DNA of 64,000 nucleotides from Minisyncoccota bacterium (lineage in GTDB: Bacteria > Patescibacteriota > Minisyncoccia > Phycocordibacterales > CAJBRS01), in assembly GCA_035652395.1 (NCBI GenBank), contig DASRDX010000013.1, positions 3,255 through 67,254 on the forward strand, given 5' to 3'. The position numbers were made by a program, and so were the translations under genes. The notes under the pieces are model-generated. The model had not been told where the DNA came from and made no database searches. It saw only the letters and a program-made list of their open reading frames with translations. Below, piece after piece: positions 24,974 to 33,291 of this stretch. The first letter of the stretch is position 1. Each line of letters starts with the position of its first letter.

Positions 24974-25685
24974 TTATTATACGTGGTTTAAGACTCACGA
25001 GCGTTTGGTCTTATTTTTAGTTATCGGCTTTTTTGTCGTGCATTTTTATAATAGAGGCTTAGATTATATGATAAGCCGAGACCGAACAGCGGCAGAGGCG
25101 GCTAAACAAAATGCCTTAGAAGCCTCCAATAAATTCAATCAAGATGACCAAAAAAATAAAGTTTTGTTGGCGCAATTAGACGTGCTGCGACAGCAATTCA
25201 TTACGCAACAAAAGCAATTAGACCAAATTAGACAACAACGCGCAGAACAAACTCAAAAACAAAAACAAATTAACGACCAAAGTGCCCCAACGGAATTAGC
25301 CGAGAGAATCCGGCAGTTGTTAGGTGTTGGAACTATAACAGTTCAAACCCAAGAATCACCACTGCCTGACACTTTGGTTTTCTCTTTGGATGCGGCTCAT
25401 GCCGATGCGGACATGCTAGAGGACATGCAGCAGCTTCGTGGGGATGTTAAAGATTTGAATACGGAATTAGTTAGTTGTAAGGCTTTAACGGACAAACAAG
25501 CGGACACTATAACGGGATTAAATGCTCAAATATTAAGCGGAAAAGAAGCGTTAACGGCAGAACAGAAGAGTCACGAAAAAGACGTAAAAGAACTGAAGGC
25601 CGAAAAAAGAAAGTCTTGGCTAAACGGATTTAAGTGGGGTAGTATAGCGGGATTTGTCGGTGGTTTGTTCGCGCACAAATTATAA
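24963..25685 (+). CDS. Membrane-anchored coiled-coil protein (spanin-like)
   Basis: N-terminal TM, long coiled coil, C-terminal hydrophobic tail. Confidence 0.5.
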   Translation: MKFDYYTWFKTHERLVLFLVIGFFVVHFYNRGLDYMISRDRTAAEAAKQNALEASNKFNQDDQKNKVLLAQLDVLRQQFITQQKQLDQIRQQRAEQTQKQKQINDQSAPTELAERIRQLLGVGTITVQTQESPLPDTLVFSLDAAHADADMLEDMQQLRGDVKDLNTELVSCKALTDKQADTITGLNAQILSGKEALTAEQKSHEKDVKELKAEKRKSWLNGFKWGSIAGFVGGLFAHKL

Positions 25686-25700
25686 AAAAGAGGGTTGGGA

Positions 25701-26342
25701 ATGTTAATAATTGGTTTTGGGAATAAAGCCCGTCAGGGCAAGGATACCGCCGTCGCCGCAATTAAGCAATGGCACGATGCTCAGAATAGTTTGAGACAAA
25801 AACACGGAATAAAACACGTGACTAGGTGTGAAATAACTAGATTTGCGGAAGGCTTATATAAGGAAGTCAGCGATTGGTTAAAAACCGAGCAAGGCCAATT
25901 ATGGCTAGGCGGCAGCCGGGGCTTCACGGAAGGCCGAGAAATACCGTCCAATATTAGTCGGAGTCACGACAACGGAAAATATTCTCATCTTTTGCAATGG
26001 TGGGGAACCGAATTCAGGCGTTCTCAAAATCCGAATTATTGGGCGGATAAGACATTTGAAAACATTTCTAAAGATACGGATTTTTTGCTAATATCGGATG
26101 TTAGATTTTTGAACGAAGCCGAAGCAATAAAAAAGCGCGGAGGGTATTTGGTTAATGTACAAAGATATTATCCCGATGGCTCTTTGTTTGTGACCAAAGA
26201 CCGTGACCCCAAACATATTTCAGAAACAGAGTTGGATGATTATAATTGGGATTTTTATTTGCGAATACCGGACGGCCACGCCGCATTAACTTCGGAGTTT
26301 GCCATAACCCTTTTCGAGTATTTGAGGAAATTGCATGAGTAA
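25701..26342 (+). CDS. Deoxynucleotide monophosphate kinase
   Basis: GNKARQGKDT P-loop, LQWWGTE, ISDVRFLNE, HISE. Confidence 0.85.
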   Translation: MLIIGFGNKARQGKDTAVAAIKQWHDAQNSLRQKHGIKHVTRCEITRFAEGLYKEVSDWLKTEQGQLWLGGSRGFTEGREIPSNISRSHDNGKYSHLLQWWGTEFRRSQNPNYWADKTFENISKDTDFLLISDVRFLNEAEAIKKRGGYLVNVQRYYPDGSLFVTKDRDPKHISETELDDYNWDFYLRIPDGHAALTSEFAITLFEYLRKLHE

Positions 26343-26495
26343 ACAAACGTCTTTAGACGGAATGATTAAATGTGCGAACGGTCACGTTTGGGAAGTTAAA
26401 GTTTTGAATCCTAAAAGAATTACCGTTTTGTGTCCCGTATGCGGAACGCGCACGGCAATTAAAGATGGAGTATATTCGGTAACGGGAACTAAAAA

Positions 26496-27050
26496 ATGAA
26501 TAATCTTGAAAAAGCTTACATAATAACTTATGTGGGTAGGCAGTTCTTTCTTTTGAAGCCAAATATAGAAGATATAAATATTTTAGACATTGGGCACTCT
26601 TTAGCCATGCAATGTCGTTGGACGGGGCACACGAAATATCATTATAGTATAGCGCAACACAGTTGGTATTGCAGTTACATAGGTTCCGAAGAAGAGGCTT
26701 TGTACAGATTGTTGCACGATGCTTCTGAGGCATATCTTGGGGATATGAACAGACCTTTAAAGCATTTTACGGAAGCGGGAGATGCGTATAGAGAAGTTGA
26801 AAAACCCCTTCAAAGTATGATATATAAAAAATTTGGGCTAGAAGAGACCGAACCCGAATCAGTTAAAATAGCTGATAACATGATGTTATATGCTGAGAAA
26901 GCCCAATTATTAAATACGAAGTGCCCGGAGGCTGAGATTTGGCTTCCCGGCGAAATATCGGCAGATGTTTGTATTCATAAGTGGTTACCCGAACAGGCCG
27001 AAGAAAAATTTTTGCAGCGTTTTTACGAACTATATACAAAGGAGAAATAA
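26496..27050 (+). CDS. HD-domain 5'-deoxynucleotidase (YfbR-like)
   Basis: CRWTGH...YSIAQHS...LLHDASEAYLGD. Confidence 0.88.
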   Translation: MNNLEKAYIITYVGRQFFLLKPNIEDINILDIGHSLAMQCRWTGHTKYHYSIAQHSWYCSYIGSEEEALYRLLHDASEAYLGDMNRPLKHFTEAGDAYREVEKPLQSMIYKKFGLEETEPESVKIADNMMLYAEKAQLLNTKCPEAEIWLPGEISADVCIHKWLPEQAEEKFLQRFYELYTKEK

Positions 27051-27391
27051 TGATTACTAAAATTACTTTTGTCACGATAAAATGCGATGGTCCCGACTGC
27101 GAAAGAGAAGCAACATTTCAAGCCGACCAAGAATCTGAGAAGGACGCAACGCGGCAAAATCCTTGGATAGCCGCAGTGCGAAATGTTGGTACTTTGGATA
27201 ATCGTACCTTTACCTACTGTTCCGATGAATGTGAGATAAAGGGAGCGGCGGAAGGAAGGCACAATAAAGAAGAACGGAGAGTAATTTCAGCCGCATCTCC
27301 CCAACAAATTGATTTAGCCGCTAAGGCAGCGGAAGCGGCAAGGAAAGCAAACAAGGCGTTGCATGATGGGGCGTCTGTAACTTTAGGTTAA
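27050..27391 (+). CDS. Hypothetical Zn-binding protein
   Basis: CDGPDC...YCSDEC; AGGAG RBS. Confidence 0.6.
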   Translation: MITKITFVTIKCDGPDCEREATFQADQESEKDATRQNPWIAAVRNVGTLDNRTFTYCSDECEIKGAAEGRHNKEERRVISAASPQQIDLAAKAAEAARKANKALHDGASVTLG

Positions 27392-27397
27392 AAAATA

Positions 27398-27646
27398 ATG
27401 GCAAATGTTGAAGAATTTACCAAACGGTGCGCGGAAAATGGAATTGAGGCTCGCGTACAATTTTTTCCGAATCCTGGAAACCCTATGCAGGCTCTGCAAA
27501 TTTTTTCTTTGAAAAACTATAACAAAACAATTGTTACTGTTACTCAAAGAAATAAAAAGTTTCAAAAAATTATTATTCCTGAAGGTGGAACCGCAGAAAT
27601 AATGATTACGCCAGACGAAGAAATACCCGAAATCATAAAAGGATAA
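27398..27646 (+). CDS. Hypothetical protein
   Basis: In-operon ORF. Confidence 0.55.
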   Translation: MANVEEFTKRCAENGIEARVQFFPNPGNPMQALQIFSLKNYNKTIVTVTQRNKKFQKIIIPEGGTAEIMITPDEEIPEIIKG

Positions 27647-27653
27647 AACTAAA

Positions 27654-27992
27654 GTGGACTACCTAATCGAGTTTGAGGCACATATTGATGAGCGAAAAAG
27701 ACCCGACGGTTTCCCGCACTCGGTATTCGTCAGGGAAACATATCCTGAAATTTCTTCCGAACAGGAACTGAAAGAAATTTTTAATTCCCGATTTAAGAAT
27801 CTTGTTATGAATCCCGGCCTAGTTGTCTTTCGAGACGATTCTATAATAGATAAAAACGATTATGGCCAAAGAATGTATGTTCCGTGGCATATGATAACCC
27901 ATCTTCATGGTAGAATTAGTCCGATTACTTCTACGAAATCAGAGTTTATAGACCCTGATTTAGAGATGAAAAAGAATGGTGTAGTCACATGA
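27654..27992 (+). CDS. Hypothetical protein
   Basis: In-operon ORF coupled to the next gene. Confidence 0.55.
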   Translation: MDYLIEFEAHIDERKRPDGFPHSVFVRETYPEISSEQELKEIFNSRFKNLVMNPGLVVFRDDSIIDKNDYGQRMYVPWHMITHLHGRISPITSTKSEFIDPDLEMKKNGVVT

Positions 27993-28702
27993 TATTGTGT
28001 TCATTGGATTTTGAGACGACTGGAACGGAGCCTTTGAGAGACGAACCAACGGAATTTGGAGGCGTATTATATAGTACTAAACAACATAGGTGTTTAGATA
28101 GTTTAGGCGTACTACTTAAAACAGAGGTGCCGATTTCATCAGAGATTACGGAGAAGACGGGAATCACAAAACAGGCATTGAATAGGTTCGGATACGTTCC
28201 AAGTGAGATTCTTCCAACAATAGTAGAAATGATAGAATCGGCAGACGCGGTTATTGGATATAACTGCCGAAGATTCGACCAAAAAGTTCTTATTGAATGG
28301 GCAAAACGAGAAAATGTAGAAATCCCAAACAAACCTTGGATTGATTTGTATTATGATTTACCGTATAATGTACCCGTGGGTAAGCTTAGTCACGTCATGG
28401 CCGACCACGGTTTTCTTAATTATTTTCCTCACAGCGCGTTATCCGATGCTATGGGGGTACTTTTGATAGCAAGTAAGTACGATTCTAATTTATTGCTGCA
28501 ACGGTCGCAATCACCAACGGTAATTATTAGGAGTTTAGTGGATAGAAGTCAAAACGACCTAGTAAAACAGGCAAAATTCAGGTGGAATCCATCATTTAAG
28601 ATTTGGTGGAAGGCCGTTAAGGAACAGGATATAGAAGAGTTTACAAAATCTTTGCCATTCAAAACAGAATTGAGCAATTTGACACAGGAGGAACTAGAAT
28701 AG
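27989..28702 (+). CDS. DEDDh 3'-5' exonuclease (DnaQ-like)
   Basis: LDFETTG, YNCRRFD, HSALSD. Confidence 0.88.
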   Translation: MILCSLDFETTGTEPLRDEPTEFGGVLYSTKQHRCLDSLGVLLKTEVPISSEITEKTGITKQALNRFGYVPSEILPTIVEMIESADAVIGYNCRRFDQKVLIEWAKRENVEIPNKPWIDLYYDLPYNVPVGKLSHVMADHGFLNYFPHSALSDAMGVLLIASKYDSNLLLQRSQSPTVIIRSLVDRSQNDLVKQAKFRWNPSFKIWWKAVKEQDIEEFTKSLPFKTELSNLTQEELE

Positions 28703-29265
28703 TGACAAATAGTGGTGGTGATGTATTGGCTCGCGGAGGTATTTCGGCGCAATTCCGCGCATCGGAATCTACCGTTAGTCAAGAAAAATGGAATGAGGCT
28801 TTCGGAGACCAACTTTCTGCTTTTGAAGAAAGACTTAGGCAGAAGGCCATTGCCGAAGGCTTGACGGAAGAACAATTTAGAGAAATGAAACAGCAGGTTG
28901 ACCAACGTTTGCAGCAAGAAATAGAAGAGAAAAAACGTGAATCAAAAGAAGTGCAATTGAAGAATTTGAAGATTCGACCGATACAAGATAGGATTATCGT
29001 GTGTCGGGAGGAAATTCAAGAAAAAAGCGGCGATGTTTATCTGCCCGATGAGGCGAAAGAAAAGCCAGCCGAAGGAATCGTAATTGCGGTAGGACCCGGA
29101 CGATTTCTTGCAAATGGGGAGTTTGTCCCCACCAGCGTAAAAGTTGGAGAACGAGTCCTGTTCGGAAAATATTCAGGAGCGGAAGTAAGAGTTGGATTGG
29201 TTGATTTAACCGTCCTGAGAGAAGAAGATATATTTTTTGTAAAGGAGAAAGAAAACAATGAGTGA
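28702..29265 (+). CDS. groES: Co-chaperonin GroES with N-terminal extension
   Basis: IRPIQDRIIV...KEKPAEGIVIAVGPG...VKVGERVLFGKYSG. Confidence 0.88.
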   Translation: MTNSGGDVLARGGISAQFRASESTVSQEKWNEAFGDQLSAFEERLRQKAIAEGLTEEQFREMKQQVDQRLQQEIEEKKRESKEVQLKNLKIRPIQDRIIVCREEIQEKSGDVYLPDEAKEKPAEGIVIAVGPGRFLANGEFVPTSVKVGERVLFGKYSGAEVRVGLVDLTVLREEDIFFVKEKENNE

Positions 29266-29824
29266 ATTAATGTTTACTACCCGAAGCGGCGGAAATTTTG
29301 AGAAGCCGAAAACTGGGATGTATAACGCGGTGTTAGCAGATATTGTTGATTTGGGCGAAGTAACTACCGTTTATAATGGCCAAGCAAAAGTTCAGCCTAT
29401 GGTCAGGTTTGTTTGGATTTTGGATGCAAAAGGCAAAGACGGTCGGCCTTTGTTGGTCACGGCAAGATACTCAACTAATTTGCACGAGCGTTCTAATCTT
29501 TATAAGGCCGTGAAACAAATTTTGAACGCCCCGCCTCCGACCGTTCTTAATCCAGAAAGTTTAATTGGATTAACCCGTCGTTTATTTATCCAAACCGACG
29601 TTGTTATGGTTGGGCAAGAGCAGCGCGAATATGCTAATATTTTGGGCATTACCCCAGCAGACCCTGGTGTTGTTGTGAAAGTTCCGAGCGATTTTGTTCG
29701 AGACCGTAACAAGCCAGTGGCGGAACAGGCCAAGAACCGACGAAAAACTCAGAATCAGGCCGTCAATTCCGCGTCAGCGCCGCCCGTTTCGTCGTCGCAA
29801 GCAACCCCTGACGTTGTATTTTGA
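29258..29824 (+). CDS. Putative phage ssDNA-binding / replication protein
   Basis: FEKP..G.Y.A...IVDLG...SNLYK...YANI; C-terminal DVVF tail. Confidence 0.6.
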   Translation: MSELMFTTRSGGNFEKPKTGMYNAVLADIVDLGEVTTVYNGQAKVQPMVRFVWILDAKGKDGRPLLVTARYSTNLHERSNLYKAVKQILNAPPPTVLNPESLIGLTRRLFIQTDVVMVGQEQREYANILGITPADPGVVVKVPSDFVRDRNKPVAEQAKNRRKTQNQAVNSASAPPVSSSQATPDVVF

Positions 29825-29940
29825 GAGTGAACAGGCCGCAGAAAGAAAATTCAAAAAATTTTTGCGGCTTGTTCTTTTTTTTTGTTGATAAAAAAGTAAA
29901 TGATGTACACAAATCTCGCAGTTCAAAAAGGAACACGACG

Positions 29941-30324
29941 ATGCGAGAACTCGTCAGAAATCCTGTTGTGATTGATTATGGAAGTTTAGAGGGTGTGCTG
30001 CCAGGCCCTAATTTATTTCCTTGCGACATTGACGGAATTTTGGAAGTTAGTGGAAATTTTCTTCTCATAGAAACTAAATTTCACGATGGTCCTTTGCCGA
30101 TTGGACAGAGATTATGGTTGGAGCGATTATCTAAATTACCCAATACGACAGTTTTAATTGTAGTTATAGAAGAAGTAAAAACATCAAAAAAAGGTTGTTA
30201 TTTTTTCCTCCCTAAAAAGTATATGAAAGTCGGCAGAGATTTAATGTATAAGAATATAAGTCTAGAAGAATTCAAAGCTTTATACAAAGATTGGTACTTT
30301 GCATCACGGAGAAACCCAAAATAA
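29941..30324 (+). CDS. PD-(D/E)xK-fold nuclease-like protein
   Basis: DIDGILE...LIETK...GQ. Confidence 0.6.
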   Translation: MRELVRNPVVIDYGSLEGVLPGPNLFPCDIDGILEVSGNFLLIETKFHDGPLPIGQRLWLERLSKLPNTTVLIVVIEEVKTSKKGCYFFLPKKYMKVGRDLMYKNISLEEFKALYKDWYFASRRNPK

Positions 30325-30328
30325 AAAG

Positions 30329-32341
30329 ATGGGACTATTAAAAGAAATTGCGGCTCCTCTCATTTCGCGTGGTGTCCCTGTAATCCCTCTGCGGCCCAAA
30401 ACAAAAGTAGCTTTTCTGTCTAATTGGCAAGACTTGGCTACGACCGACGAAAAAATAATAGAGGAATGGGACCGTCAAGACGAAAATTACAATGCAGCGT
30501 GTGTTGCATTTGCTAAGATAGGAGGAGTGTGGTTCCTCGAAATAGACCAAGCAGGATTTGCCAAAAAAATCGAAGAACAAACAGGACAAAAGATACCTCC
30601 TACTTTTGCTGTTCGTAGCTCTCCCGGAAGAGGCCATTTTTATTTTCGGCAGACTCCTGCCAGCATACGACTAGGAAACGTCCAAGGAAAGGACGCTTCA
30701 GGAAAAGAATGTTGGTCAGCCAGAGTTGATAATCGTTATGTTGTAGCGCCGGGAAGCTATCATCCCACGTCGGGCGGACGTTATGAGATATTGCGAGACT
30801 CAGAGATATTAGAAGCCCCAAATTGGCTAGTAGAATGGTGCGCGAAATCTAGCAAAGAAGAAAAAATTAAAGTTGCCGCCGACAGCGACGAGATTTTTTT
30901 TGAGGGAAACCGAAATGTGGCATTAACTAGTATTCTGGGAAAAGCCAGACAAACCCTGAAAATGGGCTACGATGAGTTGTTTGCTTACGGAATGGCCGTA
31001 AATCAGCGTAAGTGTCGGCCTCCTCTATCAGAACAAGAAGTTAGGACAATAGCGAATTCCATAAGTAAATATGTTATAAAAGAATCGGGAAGTCTTGTTT
31101 TTCCTCCTGTTTCTGTGTCGGAGACGGAGCCTTTAGAGATACCTAGAATTCCATACCCAATGTTTCCGAGATGGGCTATGGAAGGCACTAGTATTTACGA
31201 GGGTTTTGTCAAGCCAATTTGTGATGCTAACAGCAGGTATCCAGAATTTATGTTTATTCCTGCTATGGTTATAGTATTAAATTATTTGGCTCTCAAGGTC
31301 AGAGTTGAAGACAAACAAATAATACCCAGTTTCTATACAATTAACATAGGAAGAAAAGGCCGAGTCATAAAGTCTAGCAGCGTATTGGACGCGATAGACT
31401 ATTTACAGTCGGCTGGAATTGTGGAGCACGGCGGCGCAGCGACTAGGAACGCTTCCGGTAAATCTTTAATTTGGACTCCTGGCTCTCCTGAAGGTTTGGG
31501 GTTGGAGATGTCTAGAACAAATAATAGAAATGCTGTAATGTTCTACGATGAATTGAGTAATCTAACGAATAAAGCCAGTATTGAAAGCAGCACTCTAGTT
31601 TCTAGTCTTCTTACTATGTATGAATCGGGTAAATTTTCCAATACCATTAAAAGTCGTAGAGAGAGTTACAGCTTCGAGCCTAGAACATACTGTGCATCGT
31701 TGATTGCCTGTACCACCGATAAAAATTTTCATTCTTTGTGGTCAAAAATGTCGGCGGGAAGCAGCGGATTAGATGAGCGGTTTTTCTTTCTATATCAACC
31801 TGAAATTTTGGTTGATTTAACTCCATATAAGTTTGTTAATACCGTACAGGCCGCGCAAAAGACGCGGCAGCTAATTGAAAGGGCTGTGCAGAAAGGATTG
31901 TATAAGATTGTTGACGATACTTTGTTTGAAATGAATATCAATCGTTTGGGAAATCGCGTTGAGAATCGAGCAGAGAAAATGTCCCTATTTTTTGCTGTGG
32001 ACTTAGGAAAAGACGAAATAGACGAAAGCTGCATGGAGCGGGCATTGGCTATAGCTAACTATGAGTTGGCAGTTAAGAAATATTTGGCTGCTTTTGAAAG
32101 TACCACCAAAGAAGGCGCGTTGCAGGGTGAAATCATTCAGATTTTGCAGCGCAACGGCGGAAAGCTTAATTTGCGTGATTTGGAGAGGGCTTTACGACCT
32201 TTGAAGCACGGCACATATTTATGGGACCGAGTTTATAAAGGGCTGCTCAATGCAGGATGGATTTGTGAATCTGGTTCAGGCGTAAAAGGCGACCCGAAAC
32301 AGGTTATATTGATGAGAATACCTCCAGAGGAAGACGAATGA
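30329..32341 (+). CDS. Bifunctional primase/polymerase with PriCT and C-terminal helicase-like (DUF3987-like) domain
   Basis: VIPLRPKTK, LEID, GRGHFYF, YVVAPGSYH, EGNRN, PPLSEQEV, KSS, DE. Confidence 0.85.
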   Translation: MGLLKEIAAPLISRGVPVIPLRPKTKVAFLSNWQDLATTDEKIIEEWDRQDENYNAACVAFAKIGGVWFLEIDQAGFAKKIEEQTGQKIPPTFAVRSSPGRGHFYFRQTPASIRLGNVQGKDASGKECWSARVDNRYVVAPGSYHPTSGGRYEILRDSEILEAPNWLVEWCAKSSKEEKIKVAADSDEIFFEGNRNVALTSILGKARQTLKMGYDELFAYGMAVNQRKCRPPLSEQEVRTIANSISKYVIKESGSLVFPPVSVSETEPLEIPRIPYPMFPRWAMEGTSIYEGFVKPICDANSRYPEFMFIPAMVIVLNYLALKVRVEDKQIIPSFYTINIGRKGRVIKSSSVLDAIDYLQSAGIVEHGGAATRNASGKSLIWTPGSPEGLGLEMSRTNNRNAVMFYDELSNLTNKASIESSTLVSSLLTMYESGKFSNTIKSRRESYSFEPRTYCASLIACTTDKNFHSLWSKMSAGSSGLDERFFFLYQPEILVDLTPYKFVNTVQAAQKTRQLIERAVQKGLYKIVDDTLFEMNINRLGNRVENRAEKMSLFFAVDLGKDEIDESCMERALAIANYELAVKKYLAAFESTTKEGALQGEIIQILQRNGGKLNLRDLERALRPLKHGTYLWDRVYKGLLNAGWICESGSGVKGDPKQVILMRIPPEEDE

Positions 32342-33000
32342 AGATTATAGAGCCTAATTTTTATCTACTTAATCCATATAGCGGGGAAAAATTAACTCCA
32401 GAAGACGGCATAAAATTGCTTTGGCACATAGAATCAATGGCTAGAATAAGTCATAGAAGCGAAAGTAAGCAAACACCGGAGTCTTGGCGCAGGTTCATTG
32501 AGGCTGTTGTAATAAGTCACGGGGATTGGTCTGTTACAGAACACGCATCTGTGACGGCGGTTATTAGGACAGATAGGGGAGTTACACACGAGTTAGTTCG
32601 CCATAGGCTATTTTCTTTTACACAAGAAAGTACTAGATTCGTTCGTTATGGCGAAATTGAATTTATTCGTCCCGTTGAATTGAATCAAACCACAGAAGTA
32701 GCTTGGCTTCGTTCTGTACAACAAGCGGAAGAAAATTATTTTGATATGCTTGAATGGGGGGCGAAACCGCAAACGGCTCGTGCCGTATTGCCTAATTCGA
32801 TGGCCGCAACAATTGCCGTAACAGGAAATTTGAGGAATTGGAGAAATTTTTTCTTGATGAGGACTTCCAAAGAAACGCATCCTGATTTTAGAAGAATATC
32901 CATATCAATGTTAGAGGAATTCAAGCGAATCATTCCGATATTGTATGACGATATTGTGCCAGAACAAAGACAGATAGACAATTTAAGGAAAGGGAAATAA
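32338..33000 (+). CDS. thyX: FAD-dependent thymidylate synthase
   Basis: ELVRHRLFSFTQESTRF, ARAVLP, NLRNW. Confidence 0.92.
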   Translation: MKIIEPNFYLLNPYSGEKLTPEDGIKLLWHIESMARISHRSESKQTPESWRRFIEAVVISHGDWSVTEHASVTAVIRTDRGVTHELVRHRLFSFTQESTRFVRYGEIEFIRPVELNQTTEVAWLRSVQQAEENYFDMLEWGAKPQTARAVLPNSMAATIAVTGNLRNWRNFFLMRTSKETHPDFRRISISMLEEFKRIIPILYDDIVPEQRQIDNLRKGK

Positions 33001-33003
33001 AAA

Positions 33004-33285
33004 ATGTGTGAAATTTGCAATAACGAATCAGGCGGAATAGACGTAGGAGTTGCAAGTATTCCGGGCGTTCCTTGTTCTATTGAATGGTGCTCGGAATGTC
33101 TAAAGCAGAACGCGGCCCCTGTTTGGGTATTCGAGCATGATTTTATTTTCGTGGCCGAAGGAAATTTAGAAAATCTCGCGCCGTGGGCGCGAGAACGAGT
33201 TACGTGGTGCGATGGAAAATACGTTCCTTTCTCAAGAAAGGGTATCAGAAGAATTAAGCAAGTACGAAAAATATATGCGGGGTGA
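33004..33285 (+). CDS. Hypothetical Zn-binding protein
   Basis: CEIC...CSEC. Confidence 0.55.
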   Translation: MCEICNNESGGIDVGVASIPGVPCSIEWCSECLKQNAAPVWVFEHDFIFVAEGNLENLAPWARERVTWCDGKYVPFSRKGIRRIKQVRKIYAG

Positions 33286-33291
33286 GACTGC

